Below the pieces are notes generated by a model. That model saw only the letters and a list, made by a program, of their open reading frames with translations. It had not been told where the DNA came from and did no database searches. From an uncultured Lachnospiraceae bacterium (lineage in GTDB: Bacteria; Bacillota; Clostridia; Lachnospirales; Lachnospiraceae): a stretch of 64,000 nucleotides of DNA. Shown here piece after piece: positions 1-9,035 of the stretch. A program made the position numbers and the translations under genes. Every line of letters starts with the position of its first letter. Positions within the stretch are counted from its first letter, which is position 1. The stretch lies in the NCBI GenBank assembly GCA_947593735.1, contig CANQDT010000009.1:2037-66036 (forward strand), written 5' to 3'.

Positions 1-1
1 C

Positions 2-361
2 ACCGGGATATCCATATCGCTGATGAATCTTGCCTTATCCGGCAACGTGTACTTTGTCCATATGCCGGAAAATTATCTGTCCTGGCTCCAGATCATGTCG
101 GATTCCGATATGAAGCAGGACGGCTCCATGGATCCGGTGATCATCAAGCAGTCCGGAAAGGCGATTGTCCGGAAAGGGAAAAAGGAAACGTACTCGGCGA
201 TCGCCCTTGGGACGAAGAAAAAGGTCATCTGGACGGTATCCGATAAAAAGATCGCGAGGATCACGCCCGGCGGCAGACTGATCGCCAAAAAGAAAGGGAC
301 GGTCAAACTCACCGCGAAAGCGGGCGGGGCGAAAGCGGTTTATAAGGTAAAGATCAAGTAA
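2..361 (+). CDS. C-terminal fragment of a secreted protein ending in a bacterial Ig-like (Big_2-type) domain; 5' end outside the window
   Basis: The frame is open from the window edge, with no stop between nt 2 and the listed ATG at 23. The tail KKVIWTVSDKKIARITPGGRLIAKKKGTVKLTAKAGGAKAVYKVKIK looks like a Big_2 beta-sandwich. Confidence 0.5.
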   Translation, partial: TGISISLMNLALSGNVYFVHMPENYLSWLQIMSDSDMKQDGSMDPVIIKQSGKAIVRKGKKETYSAIALGTKKKVIWTVSDKKIARITPGGRLIAKKKGTVKLTAKAGGAKAVYKVKIK

Positions 362-374
362 CGGGAGAAGGAAA

Positions 375-1469
375 TTGCGACAGGTAGGATTTATCGGATT
401 GGGCTTGATCGGCGGCTCGATCGCAAAAAATATACGGCGGCTGTTTCCGCGGACGGTACTGGTGGCTTACGACGTCGACCGGGGCGCGCTGCGGCAGGCA
501 GTGGAGGATCATGTCGTGGATCAGGCGGCGGACGCCATCGACGGCTCGTTTGCCGCGTGTGAACTGATCTTTCTCTGCGCGCCGGTTCATTTTAATATGG
601 ACGCGCTCCATGCGCTGAAGTCTATCATCGACCCGTCCTGCATTGTGACGGATGTTGGAAGCGTGAAGACGGATATCTGCCGCGCGGCGGTGAAGGAGGG
701 AATGTCCCGCTGCTTTATCGGGGGACATCCGATGGTCGGATCGGAGAAATCCGGATACCGACACGCTTCTGACCGACTGATCGAACAGGCATATTATTTC
801 CTGACCCCGTTTCCGGAAACGGACCGGGAGAAGCTGGAGCGGCTGAACGACTATATCGGGCGGCTCGGGGCGATCCCGATCCTTTTCGACTGGGAACAGC
901 ACGACAGGGCTGCCGCCTCGATCAGCCATATCCCCCACATCATCGCGTCCGGGCTGGTGAACCTGGTCCGCGCGCATGACGACGAGAACGGCATATTGAA
1001 ACAGCTCGCGGCGGGAGGCTTTAAGGATATCACGAGGATCGCTTCCTCGTCCCCGGTTGTCTGGCAGCATATCTGCCTGAGCAACCCGGAGAACATACAA
1101 CTTCAACTGGAGGATTTTATCCATGAACTTGAGCGGCTCAAAACAGCAATACAGCAAAAGGACGCTGATTATCTCCATGATTATTTCCAACGTGCTTGTG
1201 ATTACCGTGATTCTATCCCAAATCAGGCAGTTGGCGTCATCTCTAAAGTGTTTGAGAGCTATGCGAATATCCCGGATCTTCCGGGAGAACTCGCGAAAGT
1301 GACGACCCTGATGGCAGATCACGCGATCAGCCTGTCCAACATCGGGATCGTGAGCAACCGCCTGTACGAAGAAGGCGCGCTGCGCATTGTTTTCCATGAC
1401 GGGGCGTCCTGCCGGAAAGCAAGGCAGGTACTCGCGGAAGCCGGATATGAGCTGTATCCTGAAAAGTAA
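375..1469 (+). CDS. tyrA: prephenate dehydrogenase with C-terminal ACT-like domain
   Basis: TTG start just after the purine-rich GGGAGAAGG. Rossmann motif GFIGLGLIGGSIA, plus the GGHPMVGSE and SHIPHIIASGL blocks. Confidence 0.9.
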   Translation: MRQVGFIGLGLIGGSIAKNIRRLFPRTVLVAYDVDRGALRQAVEDHVVDQAADAIDGSFAACELIFLCAPVHFNMDALHALKSIIDPSCIVTDVGSVKTDICRAAVKEGMSRCFIGGHPMVGSEKSGYRHASDRLIEQAYYFLTPFPETDREKLERLNDYIGRLGAIPILFDWEQHDRAAASISHIPHIIASGLVNLVRAHDDENGILKQLAAGGFKDITRIASSSPVVWQHICLSNPENIQLQLEDFIHELERLKTAIQQKDADYLHDYFQRACDYRDSIPNQAVGVISKVFESYANIPDLPGELAKVTTLMADHAISLSNIGIVSNRLYEEGALRIVFHDGASCRKARQVLAEAGYELYPEK

Positions 1470-1488
1470 AATGTCGGAGGAAACGATC

Positions 1489-2769
1489 ATGAAGATCAAA
1501 AGAGCAGCTTCTTTGCGCGGTACGGTCAGCGTTCCGGGCGATAAATCAATATCCCACCGCGCGGTCATGTTCGGGGCGATCGCAAATGGGACGACGACGA
1601 TCCATCATTTTTTACAGGGGGCGGACTGTCTTTCTACCATCTCCTGTTTTGAAAAAATGGGGGTATCCGTGGAAAATCTGGGCGAAACGGTGATCGTCCA
1701 CGGAAACGGGCTGCATGGCTTGCACGCCCCGTCGGAGACGCTTGACGCGGGGAACAGCGGTACGACGACGCGCCTGCTGTCCGGGATTTTATCGGGTCAG
1801 GGTTTTGAGGCGGTATTGACCGGCGACGCGTCTGTCTGCGCAAGACCGATGAACCGGATCATCACGCCGCTGTCGCAGATGGGAGCGAATATTGTCAGTA
1901 TAAAAGGAAACGGCTGCGCACCTCTGCGCATTGGAGGTTCTTCGCTCCACGGGATCGAATACCGTTCCCCGGTCGCGTCGGCACAGGTCAAGTCGGCGAT
2001 CCTGCTTGCGGGGCTGTATGCCGACGCGCCGACCAGCGTGACTGAGCCATGGTTATCGAGAAACCATACGGAGCTTATGCTGGAGCGCTTTGGCGCGAAA
2101 ATAAGGACGGACGGGACGACCGCCACGGTCTGGCCGGCGGAGGAGCTGCACGGGCAGGAGATCACGGTCCCGAGCGATATCTCATCCGCCGCCTATTTCC
2201 TTGTTGCCGGGCTGATCACGCCTTCGTCCTGTATCACGGTCCGGAATGTAGGCGTCAATCCGACCAGGGACGGGATCCTTGACGTATGCAGGGCGATGGG
2301 CGCCGATCTTACGCTGTCCGGGCAGAGCCTTGCCGGAAGCGAGCCGGTGGCGGACATCACCGTGCGGACAAGCCGGCTGCGGGGCACTGTGATAGAGGGA
2401 AGCATGATCCCGCGCCTGATCGACGAGCTCCCGGTGATCGCCCTGCTTGCCTGCTTCGCGGACGGCACGACGGTGATCCGGGACGCGCAGGAACTGAAGG
2501 TGAAGGAATCGAACCGCATTGACGTGATGGCGGAGCAGCTCTCGCTCATGGGAGCGCATGTTGAGCCGACGGACGATGGTATGGTGATCCACGGCGGGTA
2601 TCCGCTCCACGGGGCGGTCATTGACAGCAGGCTCGACCACCGGATCGCGATGACGTTCGCGGTCGCGGGTCTGAACGCCGAGGGAACGACGGAAATCCGG
2701 GACGCGAACTGCGTGGCGATTTCTTATCCGACATTTTATGAAACTCTTTCGGAATTGTATAACGGGTAA
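1489..2769 (+). CDS. aroA: 3-phosphoshikimate 1-carboxyvinyltransferase (EPSP synthase)
   Basis: ATG at 1489 lies 8 nt after GGAGG (1476-1480), and the upstream part of the listed ORF overlaps the tyrA tail. Motifs LRGTVSVPGDKSISHR, LDAGNSGTTTRLL and KESNRI are present. Confidence 0.92.
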   Translation: MKIKRAASLRGTVSVPGDKSISHRAVMFGAIANGTTTIHHFLQGADCLSTISCFEKMGVSVENLGETVIVHGNGLHGLHAPSETLDAGNSGTTTRLLSGILSGQGFEAVLTGDASVCARPMNRIITPLSQMGANIVSIKGNGCAPLRIGGSSLHGIEYRSPVASAQVKSAILLAGLYADAPTSVTEPWLSRNHTELMLERFGAKIRTDGTTATVWPAEELHGQEITVPSDISSAAYFLVAGLITPSSCITVRNVGVNPTRDGILDVCRAMGADLTLSGQSLAGSEPVADITVRTSRLRGTVIEGSMIPRLIDELPVIALLACFADGTTVIRDAQELKVKESNRIDVMAEQLSLMGAHVEPTDDGMVIHGGYPLHGAVIDSRLDHRIAMTFAVAGLNAEGTTEIRDANCVAISYPTFYETLSELYNG

Positions 2770-2801
2770 AAACCGGAACGGGAGATTTTTCTGGAAACTT
2801 A

Positions 2802-2830
2802 TTGCAATCAGCCGCCGTTTTTAGTATAAT
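2802..2830 (+). promoter_or_regulatory. sigma-70-type promoter for the EF-G paralog
   Basis: TTGCAA (2802-2807), a 17-nt spacer, then TATAAT (2825-2830). Confidence 0.6.
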
Positions 2831-2892
2831 ATTCCTATGTGGGAGCCAGGGGGATTTTCGGCTCAATTTTATTACACACAGGAGGTATTTTT

Positions 2893-4962
2893 ATGCAGGT
2901 TTATTCAACAGACAAGATTCGGAATGTCGTATTTCTGGGCCATGGCGGATGTGGCAAGACAACGCTTGTGGAGGCCATTGCATATACGATGGGGATTACA
3001 GGCAGGATGAAGTCGGTGCAGGAGGGCGGCACAGTCAGCGATTTCGACAAAGAGGAGATCAAGCGCCAGTTTTCGATCCAGACTTCCCTGATACCGGTCG
3101 AGTGGGAAGGAATCAAGATCAATATTCTGGATACGCCGGGATTTTTCGATTTTTCCGGCGAAGTATACGAAGCGCTCAGCGTCGCGGACGCCGCGGTCAT
3201 TGTCGTATCCGGCAAGGACGGGGTAGAAGTCGGGACGACCAAGGCGTTTGATTTTTGTACTCAGTATCAGCTTCCGTGCATGGTCTTTATTACGGATATG
3301 GACGATCCCCAGTCGGATTATATGAACGTCGTCAATCAGTTAAAGGATCTGTACGGGAACCGGATCGCGCCGTTTTATGTTCCGATCATGGAGGACGGCA
3401 AATTTGCGGGCTTTGTCAACGCGGTGAAGATGGACGGGCGCAAGTTCCGCCCGGACGGGACGTTTGAGGACGTACCGATCCCGCCGGAGTATGAAGACGC
3501 TGTCGCCCCGGTCCGGGATATGATCATGGAAGCGGTCGCGGAGACAAATGAAGAATATATGGAGCGGTATTTCGACGGCGGGGAATTTACGCAGGACGAG
3601 ATAACGGACGCGCTGCGGGATAACGTATGTGAGGGCACGATCGTTCCGGTTCTGATGGGTTCCGGCGTTCTGACTTACGGCGTGCGGATGCTGCTTTATT
3701 CGATCTATAAATATTTTAAGGCGCCGACGGCAAGCGCGGTGCTGACAGGGAAAAACCCGAAGAACGACGAGCCGTATGAAGTGGAATACAAGGACGACAA
3801 GATCGTCTGCGCGTATGTATTTAAGACGATCGTCGATCCCTTTATCGGGAAATATTCGATGTTTAAGGTATGCGACGGCGTGATCAAGCCCGATATGGCG
3901 CTGCATAACACGGATCGCGAGGCGGATGAGCGGATCGGCAAATTATATACCTTTGTTGGAAAGAACGCGGTCGAGGTTCCGGAGCTTCATGCCGGCGATA
4001 TCGGCGCGGTCGCGAAGCTGTCTGTGACCAGAACCGGCGATACGTTGTGCGGAAAGGGCGCGCCTGTCTCCATGGACAAGGTGCCGATGCCGGTTCCGTA
4101 TACGTTTATGCGGTACGAAGCGGTAAACAAAGGCGAGGAAGACAAGATATCCGGCGCGATCCGCCGTATCATGGAAGAAGATCTGACCGTCCGGGAAGTC
4201 AACGACAAGGAAAACCGTCAGCTTCTGCTGTACGGGCTTGGCGACCAGCATCTGGAAGTGGTCGTGAGCAAACTGAAAGAGCGTTATAAAGTGGATGTCA
4301 ACCTGGTAGAGCCGCGGATCGCGTACAAAGAGACGATCACCAAGCAGGTCCGGGTACAGGGCAAGTACAAAAAACAGTCCGGCGGGCACGGACAGTACGG
4401 CGACGTCCATATGGAATTTGAGCCGCTGGGCGACCTGGATACCCCTTATGTATTTGAGGAAAAGATATTCGGAGGCTCCGTGCCGAAGAATTACTTCCCT
4501 GCGGTAGAAAAGGGGATCGCCGAGTCCTGCCAGAAAGGTCCGCTTGCCGGATATCCGGTTGTCGGGATCAAGGCGACGCTGGTCGACGGCTCCTACCATC
4601 CGGTTGATTCTTCCGAGATGGCGTTTAAGATGGCGGCGACTCAGGCGTTCAAGGAGGGCGTGATGAACGCGCATCCGGTTTTGCTTGAGCCGATCGTTTC
4701 CCTCAGGGTTGTCGTTCCGGAAAAATATTCGGGAGACGTTATGGGCAGTCTGAATAAGCGCCGCGGACGGGTGCTTGGCATGAACCATCTGGAAGGCGGG
4801 AAGCAGGAGATCGAGGCGGACATCCCGCTTGCGGGGCTGACCGGATATTCGACGCTGCTTCGCTCCATGACCGGAGGAAGCGGGGAATATTCCTACGAGT
4901 TCGACCGCTATGAACGGATGCCGAGCGACGTTATGGCAAAATTGCTGGAACAGATGAAATAA
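2893..4962 (+). CDS. elongation factor G family GTPase (EF-G paralog, not the canonical fusA type)
   Basis: ATG at 2893 lies 8 nt after GGAGG (2881-2885). G1 motif GHGGCGKTT, G3 motif DTPGFFDF, and a length consistent with five EF-G domains. The N-terminus differs from the canonical AHIDAGKTT. Confidence 0.8.
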   Translation: MQVYSTDKIRNVVFLGHGGCGKTTLVEAIAYTMGITGRMKSVQEGGTVSDFDKEEIKRQFSIQTSLIPVEWEGIKINILDTPGFFDFSGEVYEALSVADAAVIVVSGKDGVEVGTTKAFDFCTQYQLPCMVFITDMDDPQSDYMNVVNQLKDLYGNRIAPFYVPIMEDGKFAGFVNAVKMDGRKFRPDGTFEDVPIPPEYEDAVAPVRDMIMEAVAETNEEYMERYFDGGEFTQDEITDALRDNVCEGTIVPVLMGSGVLTYGVRMLLYSIYKYFKAPTASAVLTGKNPKNDEPYEVEYKDDKIVCAYVFKTIVDPFIGKYSMFKVCDGVIKPDMALHNTDREADERIGKLYTFVGKNAVEVPELHAGDIGAVAKLSVTRTGDTLCGKGAPVSMDKVPMPVPYTFMRYEAVNKGEEDKISGAIRRIMEEDLTVREVNDKENRQLLLYGLGDQHLEVVVSKLKERYKVDVNLVEPRIAYKETITKQVRVQGKYKKQSGGHGQYGDVHMEFEPLGDLDTPYVFEEKIFGGSVPKNYFPAVEKGIAESCQKGPLAGYPVVGIKATLVDGSYHPVDSSEMAFKMAATQAFKEGVMNAHPVLLEPIVSLRVVVPEKYSGDVMGSLNKRRGRVLGMNHLEGGKQEIEADIPLAGLTGYSTLLRSMTGGSGEYSYEFDRYERMPSDVMAKLLEQMK

Positions 4963-4988
4963 ATAAAAGTCAGTTTTTGACATGGAAG

Positions 4989-5050
4989 GCGAAGGAAGCG
5001 CTTTCCAAGAGATGCAGCCGCATTTTTTGGAGCGTTCCTTCGCTTTTTTT
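4989..5050 (+). terminator. probable intrinsic terminator after the EF-G paralog
   Basis: GCGAAGGAAGCGCT (4989-5002) pairs with AGCGTTCCTTCGC (5031-5043) with one bulge. A T7 run follows at 5044-5050. The loop is long and contains an inner ATGC/GCAT stem. Confidence 0.5.
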
Positions 5051-5051
5051 C

Positions 5052-5080
5052 TTTACAATGCCATGCCGGGAGGCTATAAT
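5052..5080 (+). promoter_or_regulatory. sigma-70-type promoter for the L,D-transpeptidase/leuS unit
   Basis: TTTACA (5052-5057), a 17-nt spacer, then TATAAT (5075-5080). Confidence 0.55.
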
Positions 5081-5110
5081 AAATAAATATGAGACTTGGA
5101 GGCGGATGAT

Positions 5111-6526
5111 ATGGAGAGATGGACGAAAAAGATCAGATGGATCGCGGCGATCGGCGCGCTCTGGGCTGTTTTTTGCCTGGGCAGTACGGTGAAAGCAGCG
5201 TCCCCTTACCTGATCAAGATCAACAAGGGAACGAATGTTGTCACGGTATATTCCCAGAACAAAAAAGGGAATTATACAAAACCGGTTACCGCGTTCGTCT
5301 GTTCGGTCGGATATGCCACCCCGACCGGGACATTTCCGCTGCAATATAAGATGCGCTGGGGAGAGCTGATGGGACCGAGCTACGGTCAGTATTGTTCCGT
5401 GATCACCGGCGATATCCTGTTCCACTCCGTATGGTATTATACGCCGGACAAAAATTCGCAGAGTTATGTCGAATATAATAAGCTCGGAACGACGGCGTCC
5501 CATGGCTGCGTGCGCCTGACTGTGATCGACGCGAAGTGGATTTATGACAACTGTCCGACCGGTACGCCCGTCCGCATTTTTAACGGATCCTCCAAATATG
5601 ACAAGCTGGGAAAACCCGCGCATATTTCGCTTTCCGGTTCAACCGGATGGGATCCGACCGACCCGGATCCGTCGAATCCGTTCCATAAATATTTTCCAAA
5701 ATTTTCCGGGCTTCGTGACCGCAAGGTGCGGGCGTTCACGAAGTTCAATCCGAAAAAGGGCGTGAAAGCGCTCGGCGGGAACGGGGAAAAGCTGACAAAG
5801 AAGATTCAGATTTCCGGAAAAGTAAATACAAAAAAAGCGGGCGCATATAAGCTGACCTATACGGTCGCGGACCGGTACCACCGTCCGACGACAAAGACGG
5901 TCACCGTCACGGTTGTTGATAAGACGAAGCCGATCATCCATGGCGCGAAGGACAGGACGGTCGCGTATGGAGAAAAAGTCAATTTCTTAAAGGGCGTGAC
6001 CGCCAAAATGAAGAGCGGTGCGAATGTGACCCGTTCGCTCGTTTATAAGACGAAGCTGAAGCCGAAAAAGCCCGGCAAATATAAAGTAAAATATATCGCG
6101 ACCGGGACAAACGGCAAAAAAGCGTCGGTCACGGTAGTCTTTACGGTCCTGGAAAAACCGGAACCGGAAGTTCCGGACGACGGACAGCAGGAACCGGACG
6201 CGCAGGATCCGTCCGCTGATGACGGGATGGGCGCCGTGACGATCGAGGGCGTCACGGACCGGACGCTGCAATATACGGACGCCGGCATGACGGAGAAAGC
6301 GAAGATCAGTCTGATCCGGGATCACGTCATGGACGGCGTGACAGGCTTCTACGACGGAGAAGAAGCGGAAGCGTCGGATTTTGAAATACAGATCGTGAAA
6401 CAGCAGGAGGACCGGTATCAGGTTCTCTATACATTGGAAGATTATGAGGGAAATCCCGTTACCAAAACGGCGGTCTTTACATTAGTCCACATAGAGGAGG
6501 AAAAAGGAAATGGCGTCAAGCTATAA
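5111..6526 (+). CDS. secreted L,D-transpeptidase (YkuD domain) with C-terminal Ig-like repeats
   Basis: ATG at 5111 lies 8 nt after GGAGG (5098-5102). Signal peptide WIAAIGALWAVFCLGSTVKA. Catalytic block FHSVWYY...TTASHGCVRL. The C-terminus has Ig-like repeats (KPIIHGAKDRTVAYGEKVNF). Confidence 0.8.
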   Translation: MERWTKKIRWIAAIGALWAVFCLGSTVKAASPYLIKINKGTNVVTVYSQNKKGNYTKPVTAFVCSVGYATPTGTFPLQYKMRWGELMGPSYGQYCSVITGDILFHSVWYYTPDKNSQSYVEYNKLGTTASHGCVRLTVIDAKWIYDNCPTGTPVRIFNGSSKYDKLGKPAHISLSGSTGWDPTDPDPSNPFHKYFPKFSGLRDRKVRAFTKFNPKKGVKALGGNGEKLTKKIQISGKVNTKKAGAYKLTYTVADRYHRPTTKTVTVTVVDKTKPIIHGAKDRTVAYGEKVNFLKGVTAKMKSGANVTRSLVYKTKLKPKKPGKYKVKYIATGTNGKKASVTVVFTVLEKPEPEVPDDGQQEPDAQDPSADDGMGAVTIEGVTDRTLQYTDAGMTEKAKISLIRDHVMDGVTGFYDGEEAEASDFEIQIVKQQEDRYQVLYTLEDYEGNPVTKTAVFTLVHIEEEKGNGVKL

Positions 6527-8921
6527 TCATCGTGCCATAGAGCAAAAATGGAAAAAACACTGGAAGGAGCATCCGGTCAACGTCAACGACGGGAAGAAAC
6601 CGAAATATTACTGCCTGGATATGTTCCCGTACCCGTCCGGAAGCGGCTTGCACGTCGGGCACTGGCGCGGTTACGTGATCAGTGATGTGTGGAGCCGTTA
6701 TAAAATGCTTCAGGGATATTATCTGATCCATCCGATGGGGTGGGACGCATTCGGGCTCCCGGCAGAGAATTACGCGATCAAGATGGGCGTCCATCCGAGC
6801 ATTTCAACAGCGGAAAATGTCGCGAATATCAAAAAACAGATCAATGAAATATCCGCGGTTTATGACTGGGATATGGAGGTCAATACGACCGATCCGGAAT
6901 TTTATAAATGGACGCAGTGGATCTTTGTCCAGATGTATAAGAAAGGGCTCGCGTATGAAAAGGAATTTCCGATCAACTGGTGCCCGTCCTGCAAGACGGG
7001 GCTCGCGAATGAGGAAGTTGTCAACGGATGCTGCGAGCGGTGCGGTTCTCCGGTCACCAAAAAGAATTTAAGGCAGTGGATGCTGAAGATCACGGAATAC
7101 GCGGAACGCCTGCTCAACGATCTGGATAAGCTTGACTGGCCGGAAAAAGTAAAGAAAATGCAGACGGACTGGATCGGCAAGAGCCACGGCGCGGAGGTTG
7201 ATTTCGCGGTCGAAGGGATCGAGGAGGCGATCAAGGTATATACGACGCGCCCCGATACGCTGTACGGCGCGACCTTTATGGTGCTTGCGCCGGAGCATGA
7301 GCTGGTCGGCAAGCTGACGACGGACGAGATGCGCGCGCAGGTGGAACAGTATGTCTATGACGCGTCCATGCGCTCCAATGTGGACCGTATGCAGGATAAA
7401 GAAAAGACCGGCGTCTTTACCGGGAGTTACGCAGTCAATCCGATCAACGGCGCGAAAATACCGGTCTGGCTGTCCGATTATGTCCTGGCGGATTATGGAA
7501 CCGGCGCGATCATGTGCGTACCCGCCCATGACGACAGGGACTTCGCGTTCGCGAAAAAATTTGACCTGCCGATCATTGAAGTGATCTCCAAGACAGGAAA
7601 ACCGACGGAGGGCGGTCTTACGGAGGCATATACCGATCCGGGGATCATGATCAATTCCGGAGATTTTAACGGGATGCCATCCGAAGAAGCGAAGCAGAAA
7701 GTGCCAGCGATGCTGGAGGAACGAGGCATCGCGAAGGTGACGACCAATTATAAGCTCCGCGACTGGGTATTCAGCAGGCAGAGATATTGGGGAGAGCCGA
7801 TCCCGATCGTGCACTGCCCGGACTGCGGCTGCGTCCCTGTGCCGGAAGACCAGCTTCCGGTCCTGCTTCCGGATGTGGAAAAATACGAACCGACCGGGAC
7901 CGGGGAATCGCCGCTTGCCGGGATCGAAGACTGGGTTCAGACGACCTGCCCGGTATGCGGGAAACCGGCGAGAAGGGAGACGAACACAATGCCGCAGTGG
8001 GCAGGTTCGTCCTGGTATTTCCTCCGCTATATTGATAATAAAAACAAGGACGCGCTCGTATCAAAAGAAAAGGCGTCCCGGTATCTGCCGGTGGATATGT
8101 ATATCGGCGGCGTGGAGCATGCGGTCCTTCATCTGCTTTATTCCAGATTTTATACAAAATTCCTTTATGATATCGGCGTGGTCGATTTCGACGAACCGTT
8201 TACCCGGTTATTCAACCAGGGAATGATCAATGGGAAAAACGGGATCAAAATGAGCAAATCCAAGGGAAATGTTGTATCGCCGGATGATCTGGTACGTGAT
8301 TACGGCTGTGATTCCCTGCGGATGTACGAATTGTTTGTCGGGCCGCCGGAACTGGACGCGGAGTGGGACGACCGCGGGATCGACGGCGTTTACCGCTTCC
8401 TGAACCGGTTTTATCATCTGGTCATGGATCAGGCGCAAAACGGCGCGTCTGTGACCCCGGAACTGGAACGCGAACGGAATAAGATGATCTGCGATATCAC
8501 GACCCGCCTTGAGAATTTCAGCTTAAATACGGTTATCAGCGGATTTATGGAACATACGAACAATCTGATCGCACTCAGCAAAAAATCCGGGATCGACAGG
8601 GAAACGCTGGAGGCGGCGGTGATCCTGATCGCGCCGTTCGCCCCGCATATCGGGGAGGAGCTCTGGGAACAGCTCGGGCACAGTGACAGCGTGTTCTGCC
8701 AGACGTGGCCGGAGTATGATGAGTCCAGGATGAAAGAAGATGTGGTCGAGATTCCCGTCCAGGTGAACGGAAAGACAAAAGGAACGATCACGATCACGGC
8801 GGACGCCGACCAGGAGACGGCGATCCAAAAGGCGAAGGAGCTTCTTGGCGGGAAACTGACCGGTACAGTCATAAAAGAAATTTATGTGCCGGGACGGATC
8901 GTCAATCTCGTTGCCAGATAA
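6510..8921 (+). CDS. leuS: leucine--tRNA ligase
   Basis: GAGGAGG precedes the ATG at 6510. HIGH-type motif GLHVGHWRGY and KMSKS motif IKMSKSKGN. The start overlaps the upstream gene by 17 nt. Confidence 0.95.
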   Translation: MASSYNHRAIEQKWKKHWKEHPVNVNDGKKPKYYCLDMFPYPSGSGLHVGHWRGYVISDVWSRYKMLQGYYLIHPMGWDAFGLPAENYAIKMGVHPSISTAENVANIKKQINEISAVYDWDMEVNTTDPEFYKWTQWIFVQMYKKGLAYEKEFPINWCPSCKTGLANEEVVNGCCERCGSPVTKKNLRQWMLKITEYAERLLNDLDKLDWPEKVKKMQTDWIGKSHGAEVDFAVEGIEEAIKVYTTRPDTLYGATFMVLAPEHELVGKLTTDEMRAQVEQYVYDASMRSNVDRMQDKEKTGVFTGSYAVNPINGAKIPVWLSDYVLADYGTGAIMCVPAHDDRDFAFAKKFDLPIIEVISKTGKPTEGGLTEAYTDPGIMINSGDFNGMPSEEAKQKVPAMLEERGIAKVTTNYKLRDWVFSRQRYWGEPIPIVHCPDCGCVPVPEDQLPVLLPDVEKYEPTGTGESPLAGIEDWVQTTCPVCGKPARRETNTMPQWAGSSWYFLRYIDNKNKDALVSKEKASRYLPVDMYIGGVEHAVLHLLYSRFYTKFLYDIGVVDFDEPFTRLFNQGMINGKNGIKMSKSKGNVVSPDDLVRDYGCDSLRMYELFVGPPELDAEWDDRGIDGVYRFLNRFYHLVMDQAQNGASVTPELERERNKMICDITTRLENFSLNTVISGFMEHTNNLIALSKKSGIDRETLEAAVILIAPFAPHIGEELWEQLGHSDSVFCQTWPEYDESRMKEDVVEIPVQVNGKTKGTITITADADQETAIQKAKELLGGKLTGTVIKEIYVPGRIVNLVAR

Positions 8922-8951
8922 CAACCGAATAATAGAATAGAAGGGAAAGCG

Positions 8952-9002
8952 AAAGAGCGCCCCGGATATGGCATGATCGCCATCATCCGGGACGCTCTTT
9001 TT
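8952..9002. terminator. long hairpin terminator between convergent leuS and the GH95-like gene
   Basis: AAAGAGCGCCCCGGAT (8952-8967) pairs with ATCCGGGACGCTCTTT (8985-9000) with one mismatch. An inner ATGGC/GCCAT stem extends it. A T-run follows on the plus strand, and the context on the minus strand is T-rich. Confidence 0.75.
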
Positions 9003-9035
9003 CGTGGTGATGCGTCAACAGTTTCCCCAGGGATC

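Noticed and set aside
354-1568. 404-aa ORF antisense to tyrA
   Set aside because: It is Arg/Pro/His-rich and low-complexity, with no RBS. It lies entirely opposite a gene with clear family motifs. This is a typical shadow ORF of GC-rich coding DNA.
3943-4983. 346-aa ORF antisense to the EF-G paralog
   Set aside because: Same reasoning: Arg-rich composition, no recognisable motifs, and the opposite strand carries an unambiguous GTPase.
6400-6510. T-box leaders expected upstream of the Firmicutes aaRS genes leuS and tyrS
   Set aside because: leuS starts inside the upstream ORF, and tyrS (33426) starts 14 nt after the preceding gene. There is no room for a leader of about 200 nt, and no AGAGA/GGUGGUACCGCG-type T-box sequence was seen.
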